A stretch of 64,000 bases of DNA, from positions 160,001 through 224,000 of the forward strand of contig JAVRCJ020000001.1 in the NCBI GenBank assembly GCA_034530875.2. Direction: 5' to 3'. The position numbers and the translations under genes were made by a program. Under the pieces are notes generated by a model that did not search any database, was not told the DNA's origin, and worked only from the letters and a program-made list of their open reading frames with translations. This document shows, piece after piece, positions 46,733 to 55,791 of the stretch. The DNA comes from Nostoc sp. DedSLP01. GTDB taxonomy: Bacteria > Cyanobacteriota > Cyanobacteriia > Cyanobacteriales > Nostocaceae. The stretch's first letter is position 1. Each line of letters begins with the position of its first letter.

Positions 46733-47196
46733 TGTGGCAGGAGGTAAAAGTATTACCATTCGTGGCATTCAACCTTTCAAAATGTCCTAACATATCTGCC
46801 TACTGCTATACAAATACCAGGTGAGTTTCTCTAAATTTTTATTCTTTGCGAGTCTGGTTATAATTCCGGACAAACAGGGTTTTGAATTCAGAATATCTGT
46901 ATTCTTTTTTAAGAATTTATTATGAAGGAATTCAAGCATTCATGAAGTTTATTTAAATCTTCAGCTAACTGTCTTAACTGTCTTATCTGTCCTTGCATTT
47001 TTATTCAAAAAGTAAAACCATATTGACTAAAGCTGAAACAAACACACAAAAGAGGCTCAATGTTAAACAAAAATAGCTCTTTTTGAGCTTAATGTTTGCC
47101 CCTCTTAAGTATAAGTAAAAGGATTTACGCCAAATTGCAATTTATAGAATGCGTTAGTCCTGAGTTGGCTTTTACCATTAATTTTGAATAAAAACT

Positions 47197-48189
47197 ATGA
47201 CAAATCAGCAAATTCCCCAGATAGAAATTACCAATATTGTCTACAAGAATCAGGTCAAGAGAACTCAATCTGACGAATACGTTGAGATTACCAATAAGGA
47301 AAAGACAGCGATCGATGTATCTGGTTGGCAAATTGCTTCAGGGGTAGGGCGCAACAAAGCATTCACTTTCCCCCAAGGAACAAAATTAGCCCCAGGCCAG
47401 AGCGTGCGGGTTTATACAAATGAGGTACATCCAGAGTCAGGCGGCTTTAGTTGCGGTAGCGGTGTATCCCTTTGGAAAGATTCAGGAGATGAGGGTAGAC
47501 TATTAGATACTCAAGGAAATGTTGTATCAGGTTTAGCATACGACAGTAACGGCAATTTCACGAAAACAACTACTACTAACGGTAAGACAGCACCTGTAGA
47601 AACAGCTAGTACAGATGCAAAACTGAATGAGCTATTAAACAAACCTGTTTTCATTGAAAACCAAGAGACAAAACGCTATTTATTTGCCACAGGAGATCCA
47701 ATCAAAGGAGAGCGAGGAGATGAAGGTGGCTGGCTAGCATCAAGCGGCTTTGAAAGCCCTAAAGTCGTTGGCGCTGATGCCAATTACTACAATCGTGCCA
47801 TCTGGAAGATAATACCAAGTGGTGATAGTTTTCTCATTGAAAATCAAGAGACAAAACGGTATTTGTTTTCCGATGGAGAGCCAATCAAAGGAAAGCGAGG
47901 AGATGAAGGTGGCTGGCTAGCATCAAGTGGTTTTGAAAGTCCTAAAGTTGTTGGTGCTGATGCCAATTACTACAACCGTGCTTTATGGAAAATAATACCA
48001 AGTGGTGATAGTTTTCTCATCGAAAATCAAGAGACAAAACGGTATGTATTTTCTGATGGAGAGCCAATCAAAGGAAAGCGAGGAGATGAAGGCGGTTGGC
48101 TAGCATCAAGCGGCTTTGAAAGTCCTAAAGTCGTTGGCGCTGATGCTAATTACTACAATCGCGCTCTGTGGAAGATTACAACGGTATAG
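47197..48189 (+). CDS. Lamin-tail-domain protein with three near-identical 61-aa C-terminal repeats
   Basis: DEYVEITN...DVSGWQI...FTFP.GT.L.PG.SVRVYT...W...GD (LTD); 183-bp repeats at 47647-48186. Confidence 0.85.
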   Translation: MTNQQIPQIEITNIVYKNQVKRTQSDEYVEITNKEKTAIDVSGWQIASGVGRNKAFTFPQGTKLAPGQSVRVYTNEVHPESGGFSCGSGVSLWKDSGDEGRLLDTQGNVVSGLAYDSNGNFTKTTTTNGKTAPVETASTDAKLNELLNKPVFIENQETKRYLFATGDPIKGERGDEGGWLASSGFESPKVVGADANYYNRAIWKIIPSGDSFLIENQETKRYLFSDGEPIKGKRGDEGGWLASSGFESPKVVGADANYYNRALWKIIPSGDSFLIENQETKRYVFSDGEPIKGKRGDEGGWLASSGFESPKVVGADANYYNRALWKITTV

Positions 48190-48330
48190 TGCAAAATCAA
48201 GTCTTTTTGGTCTCAGCAATACTGTAGCTAGATTCAATCAAACTTCCAGAATCTTGCTTCGATTATTGTTTTCCAAAAGTGACAAAACAGCGATAAAAGG
48301 GCATTTAGTATAAATTGGGGTCAATAAAAT

Positions 48331-48400
48331 GGTGCGTTAGCCTTTGGCATAACGCACCTTACCAAAATTTGTAGAGACGCGATTAATCGCGTCTCTACAA
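48331..48400. repeat. Two adjacent REP-like palindromes (GGTGCGTTA..TAACGCACC; GTAGAGACGCGATTAATCGCGTCTCTAC), probable bidirectional terminator region
   Basis: Inverted repeats between convergent genes. Confidence 0.75.
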
Positions 48401-48407
48401 TATTTTT

Positions 48408-50051
48408 TTACAGCGCACAACTTAACTCGCCAGCTTTTTGGGTGAAACGGCGATTTTCACGATAGTCTACAGGACAATCTATAACTGCGGGTACATCTTG
48501 GGCGAGGGCTTCTTTGAGTATGAGAATTAAATCTAATGCAGATTCAACTCGATAGCCTTTTAAACCCATGCTTTCGGCTAATTTGACAAAATCAGGATTA
48601 CCAAAATGCACAAAGGATGAGTTTCCTTTACCAAAATGATTTTCTTGTTTCCACTCAATTAATCCATAGCCCCCGTCATTAAAAATAATGGTGACAAAGG
48701 GCGTACCGACGCGCAAGGCTGTTTCTAATTCTTGGCAGTTCATCATGAAGCCGCCATCGCCGGTGACAGCAACAATTTTGCGGTTGGGATGAACGAGTTT
48801 TGCTGCTAAGGCACCAGGAATCGCAATACCCATTGCTGCAAAACCATTGGAAATAATACAAGTATTAGGGCTATGGCAGTGATAATGACGCGCCATCCAC
48901 ATTTTATGGGCGCCAACATCAGAGATGACGATATCATCTGGCCCCATCACTTGCCGTAAGTCATAAATTAACTTTTGGGGTTTAATAGGAAATCCATCAT
49001 CATGAGCGTACTGTTCGTAATCAGCACGAATATTTGCTCGTAAACTGATACCAAAAGGATCGGGTTTACCTTGTCGGTCTGCTAATTTTAAGATTTCATA
49101 GAGGGAATCCGAAATGTCTCCCACGACTTCGGCATCGGGAATATAACTACTATCAATTTCTGCTGGATTTAACCCTATATGCACAACTGGAATTTTACCA
49201 TCACGATTCCATTTTTTGGGAGAAAATTCTATCAAATCGTAGCCGATCGCGATTACTAAATCTGTATTATCAAATCCACAAGTAATAAAGTCTCTTTGCT
49301 GCAATCCCACTGACCACAAAGCTAATTGATGGGTGTAGGGAATCACGCCTTTACCCATGAAGGTATTAGCAACAGGTATATTTAGCAATGTGGCAAATTG
49401 CGTTACGGCATCGCTAGCTTGAGCGCGTATTGCCCCATTTCCTACTAAGATTAATGGGTTAACTGCTTGGCAAATTGCGGCTGCTGCTGCCCGAATGCTA
49501 GCAAAAGATGCATAGGTTTTTTCGATATTATCCTTACGCAAAGGTTTGCCTTCTACAGGCATAGCAGCAATATTTTCTGGTAAATCGATGTGAACTGCAC
49601 CAGGTTTTTCCGATTGCGATCGCTTAAATGCTTTTCGCACTACTTCTGGTGTAATACTCGGCCTAACAATTTGCTTATTCCATTTAGTAACAGGTGCAAA
49701 CATCGCCACCAAATCTAAATATTGATGGGATTCAATGTGCATTCTATCTGTTCCCACTTGACCGGTAATCGCCACTAAAGGCGCACCATCGAGGTTGGCA
49801 TCTGCTACCCCAGTCATCAAGTTTGTGGCCCCAGGGCCAAGAGTAGAAAGACACACGCCGGCTTTTCCGGTTAGGCGTCCGTAGACATCCGCCATGAACG
49901 CTGCACCTTGTTCGTGACGAGTCGTAATAAATTTAATTGAAGAATGTTTTAGTGCTTCTAAAACATGCAGGTTTTCTTCACCTGGAAGTCCAAAAATGTA
50001 TTGTACTCCTTCATTTTCTAGGCATTGCACCAAGAGTTCTGCTGTATTCAT
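48408..50051 (-). CDS. ogdA: ThDP enzyme, probable 2-oxoglutarate decarboxylase (usually annotated acetolactate synthase large subunit)
   Basis: PGEENL, RHEQGA, GDGG..N ThDP motif; directly downstream of SSADH as in the cyanobacterial TCA bypass. Confidence 0.78.
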   Translation of the reverse strand: MNTAELLVQCLENEGVQYIFGLPGEENLHVLEALKHSSIKFITTRHEQGAAFMADVYGRLTGKAGVCLSTLGPGATNLMTGVADANLDGAPLVAITGQVGTDRMHIESHQYLDLVAMFAPVTKWNKQIVRPSITPEVVRKAFKRSQSEKPGAVHIDLPENIAAMPVEGKPLRKDNIEKTYASFASIRAAAAAICQAVNPLILVGNGAIRAQASDAVTQFATLLNIPVANTFMGKGVIPYTHQLALWSVGLQQRDFITCGFDNTDLVIAIGYDLIEFSPKKWNRDGKIPVVHIGLNPAEIDSSYIPDAEVVGDISDSLYEILKLADRQGKPDPFGISLRANIRADYEQYAHDDGFPIKPQKLIYDLRQVMGPDDIVISDVGAHKMWMARHYHCHSPNTCIISNGFAAMGIAIPGALAAKLVHPNRKIVAVTGDGGFMMNCQELETALRVGTPFVTIIFNDGGYGLIEWKQENHFGKGNSSFVHFGNPDFVKLAESMGLKGYRVESALDLILILKEALAQDVPAVIDCPVDYRENRRFTQKAGELSCAL

Positions 50052-50083
50052 TATGATTTCCTAATTAGCGACAATATTGGCGG

Positions 50084-50253
50084 CTGGGGACTGGGGATTC
50101 GGGACTGAGGAATGGGGACTGGTGATTGGGGACTGGGAAATGGGGAATGAAAATATCTTTCCCAAAACCTAATCCGTAATCTCTAATTGTTAATTCCTAA
50201 TCCCAATATTTAGTTCCTAATACCCAGTCCCTAATCCCCAGTCCCCAATACCT
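50084..50253. repeat. STRR heptamer tracts (GGGGACT-like, then CCCCAGT-like) in inverted arrangement
   Basis: Directly visible between gabD and ogdA. Confidence 0.85.
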
Positions 50254-50254
50254 A

Positions 50255-51622
50255 TCACTTCACCCACACAGTTTTTACGTTGACAAACTCATGTATACCC
50301 TGGATACTCAATTCTCTGCCATATCCAGAACGCTTAATGCCACCGAAGGGCAAGCGGGGGTCGGATTTGACCATACCGTTAATAAATACGGCACCGGCTT
50401 GGATTTCTTCAACTAAGCGATCGCGTTCTTGGTCGTTGGTTGTCCAAGCGCTTGCACCTAAGCCAAAGGGGGAGTCATTAGCGAGTTTAATGGCAGTATC
50501 GATATCTGGAACCCGGAATAATAAAGCTACCGGCCCAAAGAATTCTTCTTTGGCAATTGGTGTGTCGGGTGGGATATCTATGATAATGGTTGGCGGATAA
50601 AAGTTCCCTGGACGATCTAATAACTGATGTCCACCGATGAGGACTTTACCACCACTTTTGGTAGCAGTTTGCACTTGTTGGTCTAAATCCTGGAGAATCC
50701 CAGGAGTTGCCAAAGGCCCTATATCGGTGTCTGGTTGCATCGGATCGCCCACTTTCAGCGCCTCGAATTTATCTAACAACAGTTTTTCAAATTTGTCAGC
50801 GATCGCTTCTGCGACAATAAAACGTTTCGCTGCAATACATGATTGCCCGTTATTTAACATCCTTGCTGTAGTAGCTGTGACAACTGCTGCTTCTAAATCA
50901 GCACTTGGTAACACAATGAAGGGGTCGCTTCCTCCCAATTCCAAAACGGTTTTTTTAATTTCTTTACCGGCGGCGGCGGCTAGGGATGCGCCTGCTGGTT
51001 CGCTTCCTGTTAAGGTGGCAGCTTTTACCCTCTCGTCTGCCATTAAGCCGGCGACTTTGGCAGCGCCAATCAATAAAGTTTGAAATACACCTTCAGGAAA
51101 ACCTGCGCGGCGAATAATTTCTTCAATTGCCAAGGCGCACTGTGGCACATTGGAGGCATGTTTGAGTAAGCCGACATTTCCCGCCATGAGTGCCGGTGCC
51201 ACAAAGCGGAAAACTTGCCAGAAGGGGAAATTCCACGGCATGACTGCCAGAATCGCACCTAAGGGTTGATAGCGTACAAAACTATGGCTGGCATCGGTTT
51301 TTACAGAAACATCAGCCAAAAAACCGGGGGCGTGTTCGGCGTAGTAGCGACAGACGGTGGCGCATTTTTCGACTTCGGCGATCGCAGCTAGAATCGGCTT
51401 ACCCATTTCTAGAGTCATCAACTTGGCAAAGTCTGCTTTGTCTTGCTCTAAAATCTCGGCAGCTTTTGTTAACCATTGCGATCGCTTTTGAAAACTAGTC
51501 TGGCGATAGCTTTCAAAAGCCCGATTTGCCAAATCGAGTTTAGCGTCAATTTCTGCATCGTTGAGTGGCTCAAAAGTTTGAATAGTTTCCCCAGTGGCGG
51601 GATTAATCGTGGCGATCGCCAT
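50255..51622 (-). CDS. gabD: NAD(P)-dependent succinate-semialdehyde dehydrogenase
   Basis: MPWNFP, ELGGSDPF, NNGQSCIAAKR, EEFFGP, PFGGIKRSGYGRE; start at 51622 with GGGAGG RBS. Confidence 0.9.
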   Translation of the reverse strand: MAIATINPATGETIQTFEPLNDAEIDAKLDLANRAFESYRQTSFQKRSQWLTKAAEILEQDKADFAKLMTLEMGKPILAAIAEVEKCATVCRYYAEHAPGFLADVSVKTDASHSFVRYQPLGAILAVMPWNFPFWQVFRFVAPALMAGNVGLLKHASNVPQCALAIEEIIRRAGFPEGVFQTLLIGAAKVAGLMADERVKAATLTGSEPAGASLAAAAGKEIKKTVLELGGSDPFIVLPSADLEAAVVTATTARMLNNGQSCIAAKRFIVAEAIADKFEKLLLDKFEALKVGDPMQPDTDIGPLATPGILQDLDQQVQTATKSGGKVLIGGHQLLDRPGNFYPPTIIIDIPPDTPIAKEEFFGPVALLFRVPDIDTAIKLANDSPFGLGASAWTTNDQERDRLVEEIQAGAVFINGMVKSDPRLPFGGIKRSGYGRELSIQGIHEFVNVKTVWVK

Positions 51623-51865
51623 TACCTGCCTCCCGTTAAAAAATAGCTTAAGTGTTGGCTTCCTAGTGTTACACACATCTATTTTGGAAGCCACCACCAA
51701 AATTCTAGTCTTTTACTCAATAAGCGGTTGCTCAGTATTACAATTTCGCAATTAAAATTGAACTAATATATACAATTTAATGATGTATTTATACTTAAAA
51801 ATCTGCTATTTATCAGTAGTTAATTGGTATTAACTACTGACTAATGCCTATAACTAGCTGCTTAT

Positions 51866-52000
51866 TAAGTAGAAGGCAGAAGGCAGGATAGCGCAGCGTT
51901 AGCGAGTCCGCGAGCGTCGGCAGAAGGCAGAAGGTAAAACCCTCAATAGTAAAAGATTTCGCTCCTTTGGATTTCACATTTAATTATGTCCGCCTACTTA
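51866..52000. mobile_element. Copy 2 of the 91-bp element, carrying a nested 32-bp insert (51887-51918) flanked by GGCAG direct repeats
   Basis: Alignment by eye to the reverse complement of 14655-14745. Confidence 0.75.
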
Positions 52001-52106
52001 TTACAATTGGTTAACTATTTTTGGAATAAAATATACCAATCAAGAAAAAGTCAGAATTCAGAATGGGTTATGCCCCACTGTGGTAACAAAATTCTAGGAA
52101 TTAGCC

Positions 52107-52217
52107 ATAACTCAAGCCTTACGCAAACTAGTTACATTTGATGAATTCGTTGCTAAATATCCAGATAAAACAGGAAAACGTTACGAACATAAACCAGAAG
52201 TGACGGAAATACCATAG
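52107..52217 (+). pseudogene. Uma2/DUF820 endonuclease N-terminal remnant
   Basis: (ATA)TQALRKLVTFDEFVAKYPDKTGKRYE.. resembles cyanobacterial Uma2 N-termini; start codon apparently mutated, stop after 36 codons. Confidence 0.6.
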
Positions 52218-52325
52218 CTTAGGATGCTGATTTCTCTTACTAAAGTTACAAGTATGACAAGCTACGACAGTAAAGCGATCGCCTTTTGTAATCGATTTTG
52301 AAATGAAGCGATCTAGAATTATTTG

Positions 52326-53073
52326 TTAACGTTTCTGGTAAATATGAAACTTTGACAGTAAAAAGTTTTTCATAAGTTTTTTATTCCCTTCTATGCCAAT
52401 CTGTTCAAATCCAGACTGCTCCATCAATTGTTTTGTTTGATTGCTATCAAGAATTAACAAATCAGCAGTTGTATCGCTAATTATTTCACCATTGTTTTCT
52501 CTGAGCCATATATACTGCTTCTTAACACCTGTATCTGTTTTTGAAACTTTGACCTGATGGATTATGTCTCCTGGTAATTTTTCTACTCTATCTATATGCA
52601 TACCTTGAGCACTCAGAACCAATAGACCATTCATTTTGAGATGTTCAGCAACACGCCTTAATGCTATTACATTATTCTCAATACTATTAATACTACTAGA
52701 TAGTAAGTATTCATTGTCGTTATTTGTATCTAAAAAAAACCAAACGCCGCTATTTGAATAAGCTAGATCGAAACTCTCTTCCAGTTGCATATTAAGAACA
52801 TCAGATTCGACTAACTTAATTTTATTTCCCAGTCGTTTTTTTGCTACATCTAGCATTTGTTTAGAAATATCAATTCCTGTAAAGTTACAATTCGGTTTTA
52901 GTTTTAAGACTCTTTCTGCTACTAAACCTGTACCTACTCCTATCTCTAGGATATTATTAGAGTCTCTAAATTATAGGAAACAGAGATTTAACAACTTCAT
53001 CGTGGTACTCAGTGTAAATATATTGAAATAATAAATCGTAATAGTTTGCTGGATTGTCGGCAAATTTATTCAT
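52326..53073 (-). pseudogene. Class I SAM-dependent methyltransferase split by a +1 frameshift near 52970
   Basis: ATG at 53073 reads MNKFADNPANYYDLLF...FPII* ; the shifted frame continues FRDSNNILEIGVGTG...GIDISKQML into ORF 52856. Confidence 0.8.
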
Positions 53074-53237
53074 AAAACCCTCGTCAAAGTCGCCACTCGA
53101 AGCGAAGAAATTTTATAAGTAGGTATTAATTATACTGGACTTTAGACTAAAGTCGATTGCTTTAGCATGTTTGAAGATTTGTAATTCTACATCCATTACT
53201 CTACTTAACTTTTATTTAGAAGATGATAGAAGAGAGT

Positions 53238-53266
53238 TAGAAACGTTGCAATTGCAACGTCTCTAC
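53238..53266. repeat. REP-like palindrome TAGAAACGTTGCAATTGCAACGTCTCTAC
   Basis: Inverted repeat just downstream of the GHL10 gene. Confidence 0.7.
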
Positions 53267-53287
53267 ATCTTGATTTATACTTTTCTC

Positions 53288-55426
53288 TTACCGCCGAATG
53301 CGAAAACCTTGTTTTCCATTAACTTGGTCAAAAAGTACATCGTATTTATCAAAAAATGCAATTCCAGGATTTACAAATATACCCAGTTGTGACTGTGGCG
53401 ATACACTCAAATTCCAGCGATTAAAGCCGTCGCGGTTTCCTGGTTTTAGACTGTAATCAAAAATGCCATTCATTGCAACTTTCACAGTATTTGCTGCACC
53501 TAATACTCCTGGTTTGAGTTTTCCGGCTGTGGAAGCTGATTTGAATTCAGCCAAACCATTAATACTTCCAGTATCAGCGATCGCTGTTGCATTACAAGAG
53601 TTTTTCGCAGAACTGCCAGCAAGAGTTAAACAAACTTTGCTCAGTCGAGAGTCCCATCTATTACCGGGTACGGCGTTAATTTGAGGTTGTTGAGTCCAAG
53701 AAGCCATTTTGAAACCTGCTTGATTTTCAGCAGTTAAACCCAGAATTAAGCTGCCATTTTTGTTAGTACCGCCATTTCCCGTGACGATAAATCCGTTATT
53801 CAAATTGCCTGCTAATTTTCTCAACGGGTTATAAGGAAGTGACTTTTCAGAATAGTTGACACCAATAACGCCGGAAAATGGTACGCCACTATTAGCCGAA
53901 CATTTAGGTTTTTGGGGAGTACATTGGCGGCTAGTAACAATTTGTACGGGAACGGGTTCGGCGGTGGGAATCAAACCAAACCGGACGTTAGCATAAACTA
54001 GTTCGCCTTCTAGGATAGTACCATCGCTTAATACCTCCTTGATGTTTTCACCTGTTCTTTGGATGGGAGAATTACCTAAAAACTCTTGGGGAACTCTCAG
54101 CCCTGCTGACCCTGTATCTAATAAAACACGTTTTGGCTGACCATTGGCGATCGCCACTTCCAAAAAATAGCCCCGAACGCGTTGGCCGAGGGAAGGTTTT
54201 GGATATAAAGGCAAGGATACCGTATTAAAAGTTGGCTGGCGGGGTGTATTTTGAGAGATATCGCGCACTGCCGAATTGCGAAAAAGAGCCGCAAATATCT
54301 GCTGGCGTTGGTCTGCTGGTTCGGGTGCGATATCCCAAAGGCTTTCGTAGTAGAAAAAGCCGATACCTAAACCGCGCTGTTGCGCTGCTGCTACCTGGGA
54401 TTGGATTTGTGCAATGGAAACTGGGCGATTTCGTAACCCTGCCATAATACCGATACCAGTCGGGATAACTTGCTGGGTTTCTAAAATTTCTGGGCGGGTA
54501 ATTTGACCGATAAAACTTTCTAAATCGTTACGGTACACCTGCATTACCAATTCATCGACAATGCCCAAGCGTACCCAGTTCAGCCAGTCTTGCAGTTGTA
54601 GCTTGTAAGCAAAATCATAGTAATTGGGAGCAACCGAAAAAATTGCATTCGGTTTTCGGGCTTTCACACTTTGGTAGAGGTCTACCATGAAAGCAGTAAT
54701 TTTATCTGCCCGCCATTTTATCCATGCTTGGGCTTGGGGATTGGGTGGAGGAGGATTGCCAGTTTCTTGAGTATATAGATTAATTGTGTACTTATCGTAA
54801 CCAAAATCTACGGGTAAACTCGTATGGTCGTCAAATTGAACGCCATCAGGATTGTATTTGCCGATGACTTCGAGGACGAGTTCGCGGATAAAGTTTTGCA
54901 CTTCCGGGTGAAAGGGATTCAACCAAGCTACTTCACCGGCAGCACTAATTGAAGTTTGAGTTCCATCCTGCTTTTGTGTTAGCCAATTTGGATGTTGTGA
55001 TGCCAGTTCCGAGGTTAGAGGAACCATGAAACCAAATTCAAACCAGGGTATTGCTAGTAACCCTTGGCTGCGGGCTTGGGCGATAATGTCTGCAATTACA
55101 TCTTGCCCCTCTGCTCCTTTGAAGAAAAAAGGAATGCCCTCTTTCTGCATGATGGCGCTGGGGTATTGGGTATAGCCATCATTCCAAACTACGGGATAAA
55201 CAGTATTAAAGTTTAATTGCCGCAGTTGGCTCATCGCTGCTTGCACCTGGGAACGATTTCTAAAAACGCTAAAATCGTTACCACTGAGCCACACTCCCCG
55301 AATTTCCTGACGAGGTAGTTGGGCAACAGCAGGAGCAAAGCTGTTAAGTTGCAATACTGCAAGGAATGATATCAGACATAATACTGGCAGCAGACGCTTT
55401 CTTAAAAGCCACCAAGCCTGATGCAT
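53288..55426 (-). CDS. Secreted GHL10/DUF187 glycoside hydrolase fused to a pepsin-like aspartic protease domain
   Basis: Signal-like N-terminus, EIRGVW, PWFEFG, WLNPFHPEVQ, DGVQFDDH; C-terminal LLDTGS and IADTGS; start may be 55426 or 55534. Confidence 0.8.
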   Translation of the reverse strand: MHQAWWLLRKRLLPVLCLISFLAVLQLNSFAPAVAQLPRQEIRGVWLSGNDFSVFRNRSQVQAAMSQLRQLNFNTVYPVVWNDGYTQYPSAIMQKEGIPFFFKGAEGQDVIADIIAQARSQGLLAIPWFEFGFMVPLTSELASQHPNWLTQKQDGTQTSISAAGEVAWLNPFHPEVQNFIRELVLEVIGKYNPDGVQFDDHTSLPVDFGYDKYTINLYTQETGNPPPPNPQAQAWIKWRADKITAFMVDLYQSVKARKPNAIFSVAPNYYDFAYKLQLQDWLNWVRLGIVDELVMQVYRNDLESFIGQITRPEILETQQVIPTGIGIMAGLRNRPVSIAQIQSQVAAAQQRGLGIGFFYYESLWDIAPEPADQRQQIFAALFRNSAVRDISQNTPRQPTFNTVSLPLYPKPSLGQRVRGYFLEVAIANGQPKRVLLDTGSAGLRVPQEFLGNSPIQRTGENIKEVLSDGTILEGELVYANVRFGLIPTAEPVPVQIVTSRQCTPQKPKCSANSGVPFSGVIGVNYSEKSLPYNPLRKLAGNLNNGFIVTGNGGTNKNGSLILGLTAENQAGFKMASWTQQPQINAVPGNRWDSRLSKVCLTLAGSSAKNSCNATAIADTGSINGLAEFKSASTAGKLKPGVLGAANTVKVAMNGIFDYSLKPGNRDGFNRWNLSVSPQSQLGIFVNPGIAFFDKYDVLFDQVNGKQGFRIRR

Positions 55427-55791
55427 CAAAGGTAATGTTAAACATATAAGTACCCTTCTGCGAATAGGCTGAAATAGGAAGTTATTTAGAGTCGCACTAA
55501 TTTCTCTGCTTTTTTCCCAAAACTGAGTTGTCATTACTTCTAGTTACTCAACGTCGGTTAATTGGTTACATTTGATTCCATAAAAACATTAAATTGCTAC
55601 ACCAGGGAAACTGATACAGCAATTTAGCAGCGAAATAGTTGACGCAGTTATCGGGTTAGTAGTGCCAATCCTGCTATATATAGCAAGGAACTGGGGAGAG
55701 GCGGAGATGGGGAGTGTAGGCAGAAACAGAATTTATGCCCCCTCTCTTCCCACACCTCCCACACCTCCCACACTCCCTGCTTGCCCCATAT

